Assembly: GCA_963555815.3 (NCBI GenBank)
Contig: CAUVWX020000001.1
Coordinates: 512,001-576,000, forward strand
Origin: a bacterium
Lineage (GTDB): Bacteria > UBA8248 > JACPRG01 > G963555815
DNA: 64,000 nt
Direction of reading: 5' to 3'
This document shows, piece after piece, positions 60,555 to 64,000 of this stretch. The translations under genes and the position numbers were made by a program. How positions within the stretch are numbered: the first letter of the stretch is position 1; every line of letters starts with the position of its first letter. The notes under the pieces are model-generated. The model was not told the origin of the DNA, made no database searches, and saw nothing but the letters and a program-made list of their open reading frames with translations.

Positions 60555-61109
60555 TTAGCCCTCGTACTCCTCTTCCAGCAGGATCTCGATCATCCTCCTG
60601 GTCCGGAAGTAACCCCCCTCACCGATCCGGATGTGACGGATGACCCCTGTCTTGTCGACGAGATACTTGGTGGGCCAGTAGCGGTTCCGGTAGGCGTTCC
60701 AGTTCGCAAACTCGTTGTCGAGGGACACCGGATAGTGAACCCCAAGCTTTTGGAGCGCCTGGCGGACGTTTTCCAGCTTCCGCTCATAGGAGAACTCGGG
60801 CGCGTGATTGCCGATGATCACCAAACCCCGATCTTTGAACTCTTCATGCCAGGCCGCCAACTGCGGCACGTCGTTGCGGCAGTTGAATCACCCGAAGGTC
60901 CACATGTCCACCAGGACGACCTTCCCCCGGAGGGACGACCAATCCAAGGGCTCCGAGTTCAGCCACAGGTCACTGCGGATGGGGGGCGCCTCCTGGCCTA
61001 GCTCGGAGTAGGCGGAAATGTGGGCCCGGCCTGGGAAAAAAAGGAATGTGGCCAGAGAGAAGGCCAAGATCCCCAGGATCCAGAAGAGACTCCGAAACGC
61101 AGGCTTCAT
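60555..61109 (-). CDS. DipZ-like thioredoxin/redoxin, probable selenoprotein (UGA at 60888-60890)
   Basis: ...LRGKVVLVDMWTFG-UGA-FNCRNDVPQL...HAPEFSYE...NRYWP; the two track ORFs are in frame. Confidence 0.88.
60858..60885 (-). promoter_or_regulatory. candidate bacterial SECIS hairpin
   Basis: CAACUGC...GCAGUUG stem with inner GCA/UGC pairing, starting 2 nt 3' of the UGA. Confidence 0.55.
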
Positions 61110-61289
61110 CGTTTCCTCCTCAAAAGGACCGGAGAAAAGGCTCCAATAGTCTCATCATTATACAATGAAAACGCCGTCCAAGCTTGGCCGAAATTGGTTC
61201 TTATATTGATCGCGGAGGCCCTCTTCGGTTATCCTCTAAGGGCCTTTCTCTTCTCCCCGCCCAACCATCCCTGCCTGAGGACATTTCCT

Positions 61290-61832
61290 ATGGACTTGAC
61301 TACCCTCAAAGACCTTTTAGAGGCCGCGCTGATCATCGTCGGCCTCCCGCTCGCCTTCTTCGGGGTCTACCGGATGCAGCGCCGGGAGATCTCGACCAGG
61401 GAGGAAACCATCCACGGTCTTCGGACAGATTTCACGTCGCTTCAGGAGAAATTTCGCTCCTACTCCGATGAGGTCATCACCAAGCACCGGGAGACCTGGG
61501 CACGGATCCAGGAGCAAGAAGGTGCCCTCCTGGCCGGCCACCGGCAGCGCACCCTGGAATCCTTCGGGGCGCAATTTGCCGCCTTCGAAAGAAAACTCCT
61601 AGGGGTCCAGGATGACCTCGGCCATCTGAGGGGGAACCTCCTGGGGACCTTCGAAGATTTCTATGACCATCGCCGTCACGCCCTCTTGACCCGTGAGGCG
61701 GCGGGAGCGACCTCTTGGGAGCTCCTGGCCGAGACCCGCCAAGGGTATATGGAGGACCCCTTCGTGGCTGGCGCCATGCAGACCCCGGCGAGGGACCGCC
61801 AGGGTGACGGCAAAAACCCTTCCCCAGGCTGA
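61290..61832 (+). CDS. hypothetical protein, N-terminal TM plus coiled coil
   Basis: GAGGA RBS; MDLTTLKDLLEAALIIVGLPLAFFGVY... Confidence 0.55.
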   Translation: MDLTTLKDLLEAALIIVGLPLAFFGVYRMQRREISTREETIHGLRTDFTSLQEKFRSYSDEVITKHRETWARIQEQEGALLAGHRQRTLESFGAQFAAFERKLLGVQDDLGHLRGNLLGTFEDFYDHRRHALLTREAAGATSWELLAETRQGYMEDPFVAGAMQTPARDRQGDGKNPSPG

Positions 61833-61980
61833 CACGGGTTTTTTAGGGTTTAGAGCGGGAAGAAAAGCGTCTTTCAAGAGAGAAGAAGCGCCTCGCAAGG
61901 TATGGCTCTGGCTGCGGGGAGGTGATCATCCTGAAAAGTCTTTCAGGTAGCTGAGAGATTTTTAGGCGAGGGTGAACCTT

Positions 61981-62685
61981 CTACTGGGGCGGGGCCTCGA
62001 AGAGCTGTGTCTTATCTCCCTCCAGCTTTGGCCCTCTCACCTCTTCCCTCACTTGTTCTTCAGGCTCCAGGCGGCTAAGGGTCATAAAGAAACTCCTGAC
62101 GTCGTCTTGCGACCAGTCTATGGGACCCGTCACCTTTTTAACGAGTCGGCCCGCTTTGTCCACGATAAAGCTCTCGGGGACGCCCTGGGTTCGGTAGAGA
62201 CGCCTCATTGCCCCCCTTGTGTCGAGGAGGGAGGGATAGGTCACGTTGACCCGCTTGATGTAAGGTTCGACGACCTGCTTTCCCAAGGCATCAACGCTGA
62301 CACTCAAGATCTCAAAGTCCTCCCCTGCCATGGATTGATAGAGCTGCTCCAGGCGGGGCTTTTCCCAAATACAGGGGGGGCACCAGGTCGCCCAGAGGTT
62401 GACCAGGACAACCTTGTTTCCCCGGTAGTCAGAAAGGGAGATGTCGTTGCCGCTGAGGTCCGGCAGGGTGAAATCGGGCGCCGCCACCCCCTCGCGGAGA
62501 GGTTCCCTGAGACGCCGCTCCTCCAGGACTTTCGGGTCCCGGAACAAAAAGCCATGGGCGGCGAGGCCCAGGGCGGCCAAGACCGGCACAAGGATGAAGA
62601 TGACGATGAGGCGGCGGTCTCCCCGTTTCGCCCTCGCTGAAGGACTTTTTTCCTCGATCCCGCCTGGCCGGTTCTCTTCACTCAT
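61981..62685 (-). CDS. TlpA/ResA-like thiol-disulfide oxidoreductase
   Basis: TM anchor; APDFTL; NLWATWCPPC; GVPESF. Confidence 0.9.
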   Translation of the reverse strand: MSEENRPGGIEEKSPSARAKRGDRRLIVIFILVPVLAALGLAAHGFLFRDPKVLEERRLREPLREGVAAPDFTLPDLSGNDISLSDYRGNKVVLVNLWATWCPPCIWEKPRLEQLYQSMAGEDFEILSVSVDALGKQVVEPYIKRVNVTYPSLLDTRGAMRRLYRTQGVPESFIVDKAGRLVKKVTGPIDWSQDDVRSFFMTLSRLEPEEQVREEVRGPKLEGDKTQLFEAPPQ

Positions 62686-62723
62686 TCAGGGGGCTCCTGG
62701 GTGACGTCCCTGCCACCAAACGA

Positions 62724-63407
62724 TTATTTCTCCCTGAGGAGAACGAGTGCCTCTTGGCGAAGTCGCTCGAGATCTTCCGCTTCGTCGCTGTGGTAGTAGC
62801 CTCGGATCCGCCCTCTGCGATCCTCCAGGACGAAACGGGAGCTGTGGGCGAAAAGTTGAATCGGCCCTGGATGATGTGCCCAAGCCTCTCTGGGCTGAAT
62901 GAATCTGAGGAGGGAAACAGGGCCTCTCGCCTCTTCTCGGGGGTCCACCACGCTCAGGAGGAATCCCTCCTGGGCAAGGCGGTAGATCGCCCGCTTCTCG
63001 CCCGTCAAGAAGAGCCAGCGGTCGGGGTGAGCGCCCAAAGTGTCAGCAAAACGAGAAAGCACCTCCGGCGTGTCAAGCTCCGGGTCAATGCTGATGGAGA
63101 CAATCCGAAAATCTTTTTCGCCCGCGAGATCCGCCTAGATTTTCAGCAACTCAGCGTTCTGGAAAGGGCACGTGTCAGGGCAGTGGGTGTAGATGAAATT
63201 CGCAACCCAGACCTTGCCCTGCAAGTCAGCCTGTCGTATCTCACGCCCGCTCCGCTCAATCATGGAGAAACCGGGGACTTGGCCATAGACATCCAGGCCC
63301 TTTTGCCGGCCGAACAGCGACCACGCCGCCACACTGACCACACCTGCGACGAGGAGGCCGATCCAGACAACCTTTTGCGGGAACTTCCGCGACCCCATAC
63401 CTGTCAA
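62724..63407 (-). CDS. SCO1/SenC copper chaperone with one in-frame TAG (63135-63137); pseudogene or readthrough
   Basis: FIYTHCPDTCP; after LLKI-TAG the frame continues ADLAGEKDFRIVSISIDPELDTPEVL...HSSRFVL..IRGYY. Confidence 0.85.
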
Positions 63408-64000
63408 GTGCTCCTCCAGGAGGCGAAAGGCCGATAGCGATCAGGGGCACCCGTCCTGACACTGACCACGTCTTGATCACCCTCGGACCTCTTTGGGTGA
63501 AGCCCTAAAAAGGCCTCGCGAAGGTGAAGCTCATAGGGTGGATGACCTGAGTGGTCTCTCACATCGATGACGGTCAAGTCTAGCGTGAGAATCACGGTCT
63601 TCTCAGCCTCCACGGCAAAACACAGGGCCGTCGGACTCGTGAGGTCTCTGATCTCCTTCTCCTCGCCGGTCTCTAAAATTCCCCAGATGGCGCTGATCGT
63701 GATGCTCACTCCGTCAAACTCCTGTGGCTCCATGGTCCTTCGAAGGAGGGGGATCGAAGAGCCATCTGTGAGCCTTCTCAGGTCTGTAGACAACTCGGTG
63801 GGAAGCGTTATCCACCCCTTTCGTCGGGGAAGCCCCGCAGGATGAAGGCGGACCGCCTCCACTCGGACAACGACCTTTTCAAAGTCTTCAATGGCCTCCC
63901 GGTGGTCGGTCAAACGAACTTCTAACGTGCCAGGGAGACCGTCACCCTCCCCATGAGCCACGGAAAAAGCCCCGAGACTGATCAGGCCTGCAAGGAAGAC
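63404..64000 (-). CDS. DUF4382-like exported protein, partial (start beyond right edge)
   Basis: GTLEVRLTD...VVVRVEAVRLH; frame is open to the edge with signal-like VFLAGLISLGAFSVA. Confidence 0.55.
   Translation of the reverse strand, partial: VFLAGLISLGAFSVAHGEGDGLPGTLEVRLTDHREAIEDFEKVVVRVEAVRLHPAGLPRRKGWITLPTELSTDLRRLTDGSSIPLLRRTMEPQEFDGVSITISAIWGILETGEEKEIRDLTSPTALCFAVEAEKTVILTLDLTVIDVRDHSGHPPYELHLREAFLGLHPKRSEGDQDVVSVRTGAPDRYRPFASWRST

Noticed and set aside
1..64000. Genome-wide TAG or TGA reassignment
   Set aside because: Conserved genes end at their expected C-termini with TAG (dnaN, cysC) and TGA (nuoK, coaD).

Overview
GC-rich bacterial chromosomal window, mostly housekeeping and metabolic genes; I saw no tRNA, rRNA, CRISPR array, integrase or transposase. 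Left to right: tandem-GAF protein (partial), acpS, dnaN outside its usual dnaA context, MltD-like LysM transglycosylase, pentapeptide-repeat membrane protein, aminotransferase, a complex I operon nuoABCD-H-JKLMN lacking nuoEFG and nuoI, thyX, a sulfate-activation/surface-modification locus (sat, cysC, three nucleotide-pyrophosphatase-like enzymes, GT4, flippase-like protein, membrane sulfatase-like protein), gcvH, FBP aldolase/phosphatase, csp, rlmN, coaD, recN, nadK, rmuC, glcDEF and a SCO/TlpA/redoxin cluster. Signals the ORF track misses: (1) two probable selenoproteins (DsbA/FrnE-like CxxU and DipZ-like UxxC), each with a hairpin after the in-frame UGA; (2) two otherwise intact genes (glcF, SCO) each broken by one in-frame TAG; (3) a C-terminal L-x-x-L-G-Y-x-[DE] tail shared by CysC, three alkaline-phosphatase-superfamily enzymes and a stand-alone 47-aa ORF; (4) a 52-bp direct repeat encoding that tail and flanking the AT-richer sulfatase-like gene; (5) a 37-aa Lys-rich protein and a 33-aa membrane peptide; (6) a G16 tract before nuoA, a Rex/CRP-like site inside the nuo operon, and a triplicated -35 box plus leader terminator upstream of csp. 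Family assignments come from recognised motifs, not database searches.
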